40,568 nt of DNA from a bacterium (GTDB taxonomy: Bacteria; Zhuqueibacterota; Zhuqueibacteria; Zhuqueibacterales; Zhuqueibacteraceae). The stretch spans positions 1-40,568 of the forward strand of contig JBIOXB010000185.1 of the NCBI GenBank assembly GCA_044869275.1, given 5' to 3'. This document shows positions 1-8,271 of this stretch, in pieces. How positions within the stretch are numbered: the first letter of the stretch is position 1; each line of letters begins with the position of its first letter. A model generated the notes under the pieces. The model did no database searches, was not told the origin of the DNA, and worked only from the letters and a program-made list of their open reading frames with translations. The position numbers and the translations under genes are program-made.

Positions 1-1292
1 AAACCGCAAGAAAGTTCAATAAAATCGCGGTTAAAACGCCAAGTCAGAAAGTTGAGTACTTTATATTGAAAACGTCCCTGCAAATCGAACACCTTGAGGA
101 GAGGACATCCGTCCTTCATGTACATAATGACCAGGCGTTGGCCAAACAAACCCATGGCATTTCCTCCCGTTAGACTTCCGCCGGCAATGGTCTCATCAGC
201 TTGCGGTATGACCTCCACCCAATGTTCCGGCTGAGGTCTGGTGATGTCAATCGCCAGGATACGCCCGCGTGGCGCATCCCGATCGGTATAAAACCAGAAA
301 CGCGAACCGTCATTGCCGAGAAACGTGTAGGCGGCATCGGCCTTTTCGAGCAGGGGCTCGATCGGCGCTCGTGGTGAATGCAAGGCTTGATAGTAAATGG
401 CGTTTGCCGTATGGCTCCCTTCGCGAACGGTGACGACGAGATAATTGCCGTCACTCGTTGTCTGTGGAGTGAAAAGCCATTTGGGCTTGTCCGGTCTGGC
501 GTACACGAGCTGATCTTCGAGCTGATTTGTTCCCATACGATGATAGTAAATTTGCGGGCTCTCAACCACCGTTTCCAGCTCGCCTCCCTCCTGGGGCATT
601 TCAAATCGAATGTAGAAAAAGCCCCTGCCCTCTGGTGTCCAGGCAATGCCTCCGCCCAAACTGTGCAATCCCACAAGCTCGCCCAAAATGTCCTTACCGC
701 CGGCGGCCTCGAGTATTCTCAAGCGCCACCATCTGGATTGTTTTTTTGCGAGAGCACAGGCAACTTGCCCCCCGTCCGGACTGGGCCAGTGGCCGGTAAT
801 CATCAAATCTCTGTCATCAAAGCGCGCCAGCGGATCCAGCAATATTCGCGGCTCGCTGCTGGCTGTGTCTTGCACATACAGCACCGGCTGGCCTTTTCCG
901 GCCTCGGTCTTGGTATAAAAATAGCGCGGGCCGCCTTTGCTGGGTGTCGTGTACAAATCAAAATGCCAAAGTTCGGATATTCGTTGGTGAATGGCCGAAT
1001 GTGCGGGAACGGCGTCTAAAAAACTTCTCGTCAGCGCATCCTGTGCTCTGGCCCATTGCCGTGTTTCCTCCGATTCCATGTTTTCCAGCCAGCGGAAAGG
1101 ATCTTTTACACGAATGCCGTGATAGTCGTCAACTTGATCAACCTGTTTTGATTTCGGGTAGGTGAGCAGGTTGTTTGCCTTCGCAAAATGATTTGTGCCC
1201 TGAGCGTTGGAACTGTGTACGACCGCAAGCAATGCAAAAACGACGACCGCGAGCACATGCGGAATGCCATGCTGCCCAAGTTGTTTCGTCAT
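1..1292 (-). CDS. Prolyl oligopeptidase family (S9A) serine peptidase, N-terminal/beta-propeller part; runs off the window edge
   Basis: Not in the ORF track because it has no stop. Manual translation from ATG 1292 (SD AAGGAG upstream) gives MTKQLGQHGIPHVLAVVVFALLAVVHSSNAQ (signal peptide)...YPKSKQVDQVDDYHGIRVKDPFRWLE...IYYHRMGTNQLEDQLVY...TDRDAPRGRILAID, typical of POP. Confidence 0.9.
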   Translation of the reverse strand, partial: MTKQLGQHGIPHVLAVVVFALLAVVHSSNAQGTNHFAKANNLLTYPKSKQVDQVDDYHGIRVKDPFRWLENMESEETRQWARAQDALTRSFLDAVPAHSAIHQRISELWHFDLYTTPSKGGPRYFYTKTEAGKGQPVLYVQDTASSEPRILLDPLARFDDRDLMITGHWPSPDGGQVACALAKKQSRWWRLRILEAAGGKDILGELVGLHSLGGGIAWTPEGRGFFYIRFEMPQEGGELETVVESPQIYYHRMGTNQLEDQLVYARPDKPKWLFTPQTTSDGNYLVVTVREGSHTANAIYYQALHSPRAPIEPLLEKADAAYTFLGNDGSRFWFYTDRDAPRGRILAIDITRPQPEHWVEVIPQADETIAGGSLTGGNAMGLFGQRLVIMYMKDGCPLLKVFDLQGRFQYKVLNFLTWRFNRDFIELSCG

Positions 1293-1416
1293 TGCAGATT
1301 TCTCCTTTGCCAAATGAATTGCCGCAATTATCACCACAAGGTCGAGTCGGTACGGCTCCTTTGCTGTGTCATTTGAAGGAATCGAACGGCGTGAAATCGG
1401 TTGACTTCAACGCAGG

Positions 1417-1487
1417 CTGAGCTTGTCGAAGCCTGAGCTTGTCGAAGCCTGATTTTTGAACTAAGCACCCTTCGACAAGCTCAGGGT
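1417..1487. repeat. REP-like inverted repeat cluster (CTGAGCTTGTCGAAG x2 plus inverted CTTCGACAAGCTCAG)
   Basis: Direct copies at 1417-1431 and 1433-1447, and an exact reverse complement at 1470-1484 inside a GCACCCT...AGGGTGC stem. Confidence 0.8.
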
Positions 1488-1522
1488 GCGGCCTTTTGAT
1501 TTGCGAGACGAATATAACGTCT

Positions 1523-2725
1523 TTATTCGGCGAAATCGTCCTGGCGTGTACGGCTGGACATTTTTTTGAATTGGGAGGGCGTCATGCCGGCGTGTTTTTT
1601 GAACGCAGCATTGAAAACAGATTTGGAATTGAAGCCCGCTTCGTAAGCAATAGCCAAAATCGTCAAATACTTTTTTGCCGGATCGAGCAGCGCCTGTTGC
1701 GCCGCTTTGATACGATAACTGTTGACGAAATCGAAAAAATTCTGCCCTAAATTTTCGTTGAGGATTTGGGAGAGATGATTCGGAGGAATGGAGAGTTTCG
1801 TGGCGAGCTCCGGTAAAGTCAATTCTGCATTTTTGAAGGGCTGGTCTTTTTCCATGCAGTCTATCAGTTCCCGCGTATAGGCCTCGGCTTGTTCCGGCGC
1901 CAGGCCTGACCGTTCGTACTTTTTTGAATTCTGCATGACCGGTGGGACTACCTGGACTCCCGCGAAGACCTCCGGCTGTTGCAGTGCAAAGTAACCTATC
2001 GCATACACCAGCACAGACATAGTGTAGCCAAAGGCATAATCCAGCACGCCCCAGGGATCAATTTCAATGCGGAGGGCGTAAAGAATGAAAGAGACCAAAT
2101 AAAGCAGCCAGATGCCGGCGTTCCCGATGATCAAATTCCGCAGCCAATGCATGTTGATTTTTTCCAGATAAGAGAAGGAATTTTTGAGGCGCTGTGAATG
2201 CTTCTTGATCAACTGCACTGTCGCGCCAAAGTAAACGACGAAGTGCAGGCATTGCAATCCCCAAATGATCATAAAATCCATAGGCAAGCCTTGTGCCGCT
2301 GCGGTTTTGAAAAACGCGACCTTGTCATCGCCATTTTGCAGATAGAAAGGAAGTAAATATGCAGTGAAGGCTAGAAATGGGAGAAAATGAAGAAGCGGGA
2401 AAGTGTGAAGGCGGGCATCTTCCGGGGCTTCATGCCAACCCGGTCTCATCCCAGCAATCAAACATTTGACATAAAAGAAAAGTATCGGTCCCAAAAGCAA
2501 AGGGATCGTGAACGTTGATCCGATAAGGTGTGGAAGAACCGCATGGTATTTCCGCACGAGCTCCGGGGAGGCGATGATCAACACCGAAAGGATTAGAAAC
2601 GCTGCCAGAATGCGATTGGCGGTCCGGCCATGCTTTTTGTGCCGGAGCAGGAACGCGGCTAAAAACAATCCCTGCGTTGCCCCCAGCACCAGAATGATTC
2701 CCCAGAGATTCAGAGATGAGTCCAT
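1523..2725 (-). CDS. AraC-family transcriptional regulator with N-terminal multi-pass membrane sensor domain
   Basis: Several hydrophobic segments followed by an AraC HTH (LTLPELATKLSIPPNHLSQILN...FFDFVNSYRI...IAYEAGFNSKSVFNAAFKKHAGMTPSQF). Start moved to MDSSLN (2725) because the ORF-track extension is repeat-derived. Confidence 0.92.
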   Translation of the reverse strand: MDSSLNLWGIILVLGATQGLFLAAFLLRHKKHGRTANRILAAFLILSVLIIASPELVRKYHAVLPHLIGSTFTIPLLLGPILFFYVKCLIAGMRPGWHEAPEDARLHTFPLLHFLPFLAFTAYLLPFYLQNGDDKVAFFKTAAAQGLPMDFMIIWGLQCLHFVVYFGATVQLIKKHSQRLKNSFSYLEKINMHWLRNLIIGNAGIWLLYLVSFILYALRIEIDPWGVLDYAFGYTMSVLVYAIGYFALQQPEVFAGVQVVPPVMQNSKKYERSGLAPEQAEAYTRELIDCMEKDQPFKNAELTLPELATKLSIPPNHLSQILNENLGQNFFDFVNSYRIKAAQQALLDPAKKYLTILAIAYEAGFNSKSVFNAAFKKHAGMTPSQFKKMSSRTRQDDFAE

Positions 2726-2743
2726 ACTTCGATGCCTTTTCCT

Positions 2744-2819
2744 GCAGAGGGCATAGCGCATAGAGCATAGAGCATAGAGAGCACGCCATGCGCTCTGCGC
2801 CATGCCCTCCGCCCTCTGC
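2744..2819. repeat. Inverted heptamer-tandem hairpin (GCATAGA/GCAGAGG vs CCATGCG/CTCTGCG family)
   Basis: gcagagg gcatagc gcataga gcataga gcataga ... ccatgcg ctctgcg ccatgcc ctccgcc ctctgc; spans from the permease stop codon to the purine-rich RBS region of the AraC gene. Confidence 0.9.
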
Positions 2820-5260
2820 TATTCGTACCTCAACGCCTCCACCGGATTCCCCAGCGCCGCTTTGAGCGCTTGATAGCTGATGGTGAGCAAAGCAATGACC
2901 GCCGCAAGCGCGCCAGCCGCGATGAAAACCAGCCAGCCGATCTCGATGCGATAGGCAAAGCTTTGCAGCCATTTTTGCATGGCATAATAAGCCACAGGCG
3001 AGGCCAGCAACGTCGCCACCAGGACCAGCTTGGTGAAATCTTTCGACAGCAAGGCGATGATGCTGGCCACAGAAGCGCCAAGTACTTTGCGCACGCCGAT
3101 TTCTTTGGTGCGCTGCTCGGCCATAAAAGCCGACAATCCCAGCAAACCAATGCACGCGATCAAAATCGCAAGCGTGGCGGCCACACCGAAAATCTGCCCC
3201 ACGCGTTCGTCGCGTTGATACAAATTCTGCCACCACTCTCCGAGAAAATCAAGCTCAATGGGATTGACGCGGTCGAACTGTTCGTGCACTTTGGTGATGA
3301 ACGCGATGGTCTCCGGCACGTTCGCGGTGCTGATGCGCAGACTGAAATAATCGATGCCGTGCAGCGCGTGCCGGCCGCCTTTCGGCATCAAGCCCATGAC
3401 CAGTGGGCCGATTTGATCGTGCAAAGAGAGAAAGTGAAAATCTTTCACCACACCCACCACCTGCCCTTGGAATGGCCGGGCGGGCACGTGAATGAATTTG
3501 CCCAGCGGCGCGGCGCCGAAGAGCATGCGTGCGGCGGTTTCGTTGAGTAAAATAGCAGTGGAATCGGAGGCCAGCGCGCGCGAAAAATTTCTGCCGGCGA
3601 CGAGATCGACTTCATAGGTTTTCAAAAAGTCTTCGTCAATGCCGTTGAAAGACATGGTCTGGGTTTCGATATCCGGCGCGCCTTCTTTCACCACTTGAAT
3701 TTGGCGGAAGGATTTCCAATCACCGGGCACGCGCGAAGAAACCGTCACGCTGCGCACCGCGGCCTCGCGCAGGAATTCGGTTTTGACGGTGGTGAAATTG
3801 GCTTGCACATCATCGTGGTTGATGTCGATCACCACGAGTTGTTCCTGGTTGAAGCCAAGCTGTTTGTGGCGCACGTATTCCAATTGTCTGTAGACCACGA
3901 GCGTGGCGACGATCATAATGAGGGAAAGCGCGAATTGGGCTACCACCAAGCCGCGTCGCAAACGCGATGCCCTCGTTCCGGCACGCACGGCACCTTTCAT
4001 CACCGTGATCGGCTGGAATCTCGACAAGTAGAACGCCGGATAACTGCCGGAAATGAACCCGAGCAACAGCGCGATGGCAAGCAACCCCGCAACCACGGCC
4101 CAGCCGCTGGAGAAATCGAGCGCCAGCTTCTTGCCGGCGAGCGCGTTGAACCCTGGCAACGCCAGCTCGACGAGAACCAGCGCCACAATCAATGCAATAA
4201 AGGTGATGCCGAGCGATTCACTGAAGAATTGCCCGATCAATTGCCGCTGGTCCGCGCCGATGACTTTGCGCATGCCAACTTCTTTGGCGCGGTGCATGGC
4301 GCGGGCGGTAGCCAGATTCATATAATTAATGCAGGCGATCAATGCGATGAACGCGGCAATCAGCGCGAAAATGTAAACGTAGCCCAGTTCACCTTCGTTC
4401 TTATTTCTTTCGGCTGAAATATGCGCGGAATAAAAATGAATATCGCGGAGCGGCTGCAGATAGAGTGTCCTCTGCGCCGAGGTTTCCGGCCCGCGATATT
4501 TTTTGCTGAAATCGGCAAACTTGGTTTCCAGTCCGGCGCGTTGTTTGTCGCTGTCGAGCACCACGTAAGTCGCCGCCCCAAAGCCGCTGGGACTCCACGA
4601 TTGCAGCGCTTGTTGCATATCCGGGAAAGCGTCCAGGGTGGAAAGCGAAACCAGCATGCCGAAATCCAAATGAGAATTGTGGGGAATGTCGCGCAGCACT
4701 CCGGTTACGACGAAATCGCCTTTGCCGAATTCCGGAAAATCTTCAGCCTCGAGCTGTAGCGCTTTGCCGAGCGGATTCTCATTGCCGAAAAATCGCTGCG
4801 CCGTGGTCTCGGTCAAAACGACCGAACGCGGCGCCGCGAGTGCGGTTTGTGGATCGCCTTGTTGCAGGGGAAAATCGAAAATGTTGAAGAAACTCGGCTC
4901 TGAGAAAAAGTAATCACGAACAATGTGCCGGCCTTCACCTTGCTTGACGGTCAGCCGCCAGCCGATGAAAAAGCGCACGGCCTCGACGACTTCCGGGAAA
5001 TCATTCTTCAGAGCCGGCGCCAGCGGCGGCACGGTGAAAGCCGCGTGGAGTTCGCCTTCGTTGGTGCTGCGTTTTTCCACGATACGAAAAATGCGATCGG
5101 CTTTCGCATGAAAAGCATCGAAGCGCAATTCATCCTGCACGTGCAGCAGAATCAAAATGCAGCACGCCATGCCGATGGCCAGGCCGAAAATGTTGATGAA
5201 AGAATAGTTTTTGTGCTTGAGAAAATTTCTCAGTGCGATCTTGAGGTAGTTTTTGAGCAT
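2819..5260 (-). CDS. MacB/FtsX-like ABC transporter permease (duplicated-domain, ~800 aa), paralog 1
   Basis: MLKNYLKIALRN start, IACINYMNLATAR..RAKEVGMRKV, QRTKEIGVRKVLGAS, C-terminal NPVEALRYE. Start trimmed to 5260. Confidence 0.93.
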   Translation of the reverse strand: MLKNYLKIALRNFLKHKNYSFINIFGLAIGMACCILILLHVQDELRFDAFHAKADRIFRIVEKRSTNEGELHAAFTVPPLAPALKNDFPEVVEAVRFFIGWRLTVKQGEGRHIVRDYFFSEPSFFNIFDFPLQQGDPQTALAAPRSVVLTETTAQRFFGNENPLGKALQLEAEDFPEFGKGDFVVTGVLRDIPHNSHLDFGMLVSLSTLDAFPDMQQALQSWSPSGFGAATYVVLDSDKQRAGLETKFADFSKKYRGPETSAQRTLYLQPLRDIHFYSAHISAERNKNEGELGYVYIFALIAAFIALIACINYMNLATARAMHRAKEVGMRKVIGADQRQLIGQFFSESLGITFIALIVALVLVELALPGFNALAGKKLALDFSSGWAVVAGLLAIALLLGFISGSYPAFYLSRFQPITVMKGAVRAGTRASRLRRGLVVAQFALSLIMIVATLVVYRQLEYVRHKQLGFNQEQLVVIDINHDDVQANFTTVKTEFLREAAVRSVTVSSRVPGDWKSFRQIQVVKEGAPDIETQTMSFNGIDEDFLKTYEVDLVAGRNFSRALASDSTAILLNETAARMLFGAAPLGKFIHVPARPFQGQVVGVVKDFHFLSLHDQIGPLVMGLMPKGGRHALHGIDYFSLRISTANVPETIAFITKVHEQFDRVNPIELDFLGEWWQNLYQRDERVGQIFGVAATLAILIACIGLLGLSAFMAEQRTKEIGVRKVLGASVASIIALLSKDFTKLVLVATLLASPVAYYAMQKWLQSFAYRIEIGWLVFIAAGALAAVIALLTISYQALKAALGNPVEALRYE

Positions 5261-5270
5261 GGCTTTTTCC

Positions 5271-5780
5271 TTGGCAAAGCGCATGGAGCATGGCGCATAG
5301 TTGCAAAAGACAAAGCTCCAAGTGCAAGCGCATCGCAATTGATTAATCAGTTTTCAGGGTTCGCTTGAAATTCGTGATCCGGCGCGACAAATGCTCGAAT
5401 GCTTCGAGAAGGGCGCTTTCTGTTTTCTCGTCGAGCAGTTTTCTACGAGATAGAATGATCACTATGTTGGCGTTCTCGAACGTTGATCGCCTGGCAATAT
5501 CCAAGAAACGAGCAAATTCTTTAGCCGAAGGACCGCCCGAGCCTTCAGCGATATTGTTCGACATGCTCATGCCCGCGCTCCGTACCTGCTCCGCGAAGCG
5601 ATAGAGATGTCGCTGCTCGAGTTTGTCGGCTATGTCAAAGAGCTTGTCCCCCAGCTCAATGGCCATTTGCCAAATCTCAAGATCTTGGAATCTAAACTTT
5701 GCCATAATCACACCTCCCATTTGTGTTTATAATGTTTGCGCCATGCGCTTTGCACCATGCGCTCTGCACCATGCGCCATG
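5271..5780 (-). mobile_element. Putative cassette: complementary heptamer-repeat arms enclosing a four-helix-bundle gene
   Basis: Arm 5736-5780 (ccatgcg ctttgca ccatgcg ctctgca...) is complementary to arm 5274-5300 (gcaaagc gcatgga gcatggc gcatag). An empty homolog lies at 11025-11126. Mobility is inferred, not shown. Confidence 0.55.
5343..5705 (-). CDS. Four-helix-bundle protein (23S rRNA intervening-sequence protein / TIGR02436-like, Avd-related fold)
   Basis: MAKFRFQDLEIWQMAIEL...EQVRSAGMSMSNNIAEGSG...EFARFLDIARRSTFE matches the family signature (F.dL..Wq, Q.rraa.S...NIAEG, F.rfL.iAr.S..E); SD GGAGGTG upstream of ATG 5705. Confidence 0.92.
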   Translation of the reverse strand: MAKFRFQDLEIWQMAIELGDKLFDIADKLEQRHLYRFAEQVRSAGMSMSNNIAEGSGGPSAKEFARFLDIARRSTFENANIVIILSRRKLLDEKTESALLEAFEHLSRRITNFKRTLKTD

Positions 5781-8192
5781 CTACTCACACCGCAACGCCT
5801 CCACCGGGTTCGCCAACGCGGCTTTGATCGATTGAAAGCTCACTGTCAGCAATGCAATACCCAACGCTGCCGCACTTGCCGATACAAAGACCCAGGCGTC
5901 GAGAGGGGCGCGATACGCAAAGCCTTGCAGCCAGGTGTTCATGGCATACCACGCCGCGGGCCACGCGATAATATTCGCCAGCAATACGAGCTTCGCGAAA
6001 TCGCCGGACAACAGCGAAACGATGCTCGCCACCGAAGCGCCCAGCACTTTGCGAATGCCGATCTCTTTGGTGCGCCGCTCTGCGGAAAATGCGGAAAGTC
6101 CGAACAAGCCCAAACCCGCGAGCACAATCGCCATGATCGCGAAAGCGTTGGCCACTTGTGCCAGCCTGTGCTCGCCGCCGTAAAGCTGCTCGAGTTTGCG
6201 GTCGAGAAAAACGTATTCCAGCGGCCATTCCGGCGAGAATGTTTTCCACACACGCTCGAGTGCAGCCAAGCGCTCGGCGGGATTGCCCGCGGCGATTTTG
6301 ACCGCACAATAGTCGTTCCAGCCGCTGTACGTCACCACCAGCGGCTTGATTTCGTGATGCAGTGATTCGAAGTGAAAGTCCTGAATCACACCGACGACGT
6401 AACCGGATTTGCCGATTTGATTCGTGCCCGGTGCGAACAGCTCCATCTTTTTGCCGAGGGGATTGTCCTTCCAGCCCAACGTTTCCACGGCTTTTTCATT
6501 CAACAAAAAGGCCTCGGCCTGATCCGAAGGCGAAGTTCGAGAAATGCCACGCCCGCGTTTGATTTTGAGCCCGGCGGTTTCGAGAAAATCATAATCGACG
6601 AGCAGCAACGGCAGCATCGCGGGTTTGTCGAGCGAACCGCCTTCGGGAACGAAGCGGTACGCGAACACGCCCTGCCCCGGAATGTTCGAAGTGCCAGCCA
6701 CGCCCAGGATGCCGGAATCTTTCATCAGTTCACTGCGAAACGCCTCGAATTTCGCATTGATTTCGGGCCGCGCTTTGACGAACAATACGCGCTCTTTGTC
6801 AAATCCCAGTTCTTTCTCCTGCATGAAACGCATCTGGCGATGAATTGCGCCGATGCCGATGATCAAGATGATGGAAATGGCGAACTGCGCGACGACCAGT
6901 GCCTGGCGCAACGTTTCGCTGCCGCCCACTGCGCCCGGCGCTCTGTTGAAGATGCAGGCGGGATTGAAGCGAGACAGAAAAAACGCGGGATACAGGCCGG
7001 ACAAAAGTCCCACGCTTAAAGCCAGGCTCAAGAGCAGAAGAAAACCGGTCCCGCTGCCTAACTGGCTCAGAGACAGCGATCTCTCCGTCAGTTGGTTGAA
7101 CGCCGGCAAAAGCAGCTCGACGAGAACGATGGCCAGGAGCATCGCGGCCAGGCCGGCGATGATGGTCTCTCCCAGCATTTGACCGATCAATTGCGATCTC
7201 TCCGCGCCCGCCACTTTGCGCACGCCGACTTCTTTGACGCGATTGCCGGATTGCGCCGTCGAGAGATTGACGAAGTTGATGCACGCGATCAGGAGAATCA
7301 AAAACGCGGTGGCGGAGAAGATATACACGTACGTGATGTGGCTGTTCGGCTCGATTTCGTTGTCGAGGCGGGAGTGCAGATGGATATCCGCCAGGGGTTG
7401 CAGCCCGAGGGTGACGCCGGCTTTGATGCGGTCGGGAAAATACTTCGCGGCGAACGCCGGCAGTTTGTCCGCCACGCTTTGGGCGGCGGAGGGTTCGGAC
7501 AACAGAAGATAAGTCCAGGCGCCGGTCCAAAACCATTGCTTCTCGCGGCCGTTCGGGCCGTTCTGGTTCTCCCACAGGTTCAACTGAAATTGCAGCGGCG
7601 CCAGAAAATCAAATTTGAAATGCGTGTTGTTGGGTACATTCTTGACGACGCCCGTGACCTTTAGGCCGAACTGGCTGTTGTAGCGCAGCGTTTCCCCGAG
7701 TGGATCGGCCGCGCCGAAATATTTGCGCGCCATATCTTCGGAGAGAATCACGCTATTGGGCTCGCGCAGTGCCGTTTTTGCCTCGCCTTTGATTAAAGGA
7801 TAGTCGAACACGGCGAAGACGGAGGAATCGGCAAAGAAAAATCTTTCTTCAGTGAATTTGCGATCGCCGATCTCGAGCAGCGGGAAATTGTCCGTCTTAT
7901 AGAATCGCACCGCTTGTTCGACTTCGGGGAAATCGCGCGTAAACGCTGCTGCCGCCGGAAACGGAATCGAAGCTTCCTGGTACAAGACGCCGTTCAAGTC
8001 CAGCGTCACACGGACTCTGAAAATCCGCCCGGCGCGTGAGTGAAATTCATCATAGCTGATTTCGTGCAACACGTACAGCATGATCAAAATGCAGCATGCC
8101 AAGCCCGCGGCGAGGCCGGCGATGTTGATGAAAGAATAGGCGGCATTCTTCTTGAGATTCCGCAAAGCGATTTTGACGTAGTTTTTGAACAT
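5781..8192 (-). CDS. MacB/FtsX-like ABC transporter permease, paralog 2
   Basis: MFKNYVKIALRN...IACINFVNLSTA...RRTKEIGIRKVLGAS...NPVEALRCE. Confidence 0.93.
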   Translation of the reverse strand: MFKNYVKIALRNLKKNAAYSFINIAGLAAGLACCILIMLYVLHEISYDEFHSRAGRIFRVRVTLDLNGVLYQEASIPFPAAAAFTRDFPEVEQAVRFYKTDNFPLLEIGDRKFTEERFFFADSSVFAVFDYPLIKGEAKTALREPNSVILSEDMARKYFGAADPLGETLRYNSQFGLKVTGVVKNVPNNTHFKFDFLAPLQFQLNLWENQNGPNGREKQWFWTGAWTYLLLSEPSAAQSVADKLPAFAAKYFPDRIKAGVTLGLQPLADIHLHSRLDNEIEPNSHITYVYIFSATAFLILLIACINFVNLSTAQSGNRVKEVGVRKVAGAERSQLIGQMLGETIIAGLAAMLLAIVLVELLLPAFNQLTERSLSLSQLGSGTGFLLLLSLALSVGLLSGLYPAFFLSRFNPACIFNRAPGAVGGSETLRQALVVAQFAISIILIIGIGAIHRQMRFMQEKELGFDKERVLFVKARPEINAKFEAFRSELMKDSGILGVAGTSNIPGQGVFAYRFVPEGGSLDKPAMLPLLLVDYDFLETAGLKIKRGRGISRTSPSDQAEAFLLNEKAVETLGWKDNPLGKKMELFAPGTNQIGKSGYVVGVIQDFHFESLHHEIKPLVVTYSGWNDYCAVKIAAGNPAERLAALERVWKTFSPEWPLEYVFLDRKLEQLYGGEHRLAQVANAFAIMAIVLAGLGLFGLSAFSAERRTKEIGIRKVLGASVASIVSLLSGDFAKLVLLANIIAWPAAWYAMNTWLQGFAYRAPLDAWVFVSASAAALGIALLTVSFQSIKAALANPVEALRCE

Positions 8193-8209
8193 GGCTTTGC
8201 TCCATGAGT

Positions 8210-8241
8210 CAGTGATCAGTGTGCAGTAAACAGTGATCAGT
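8210..8241. repeat. Heptamer tandem repeat (CAGTGAT family); opposite arm degenerate
   Basis: cagtgat cagtgtg cagtaaa cagtgat cagt; same unit family as 16515-16586. Confidence 0.7.
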
Positions 8242-8271
8242 TTGTTATCGCAGGCTGTTTATCGGTCGCTT

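Noticed and set aside
170..676. ORF-track 168-aa minus-strand ORF and plus-strand ORFs at 378-1420
   Set aside because: These are alternative-frame or antisense shadows of the prolyl oligopeptidase reading frame (1292 to the edge).
2726..2803. N-terminal ORF extensions containing YALC/MRYAL-like peptides (also 5261-5338, 13545-13589, 38590-38664, 11027-11068)
   Set aside because: These are translations of heptamer repeats. Family-typical starts with SD lie downstream, except for the 10757 remnant, which has none.
5343..5705. Diversity-generating retroelement or rRNA intervening sequence
   Set aside because: No reverse transcriptase, no TR/VR pair with adenine-specific mismatches, and no rRNA sequence in the window.
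5781..5795. LRCE instead of the conserved LRYE terminus in permease 2
   Set aside because: A single residue change in an otherwise intact ORF; not enough to infer loss or change of function.
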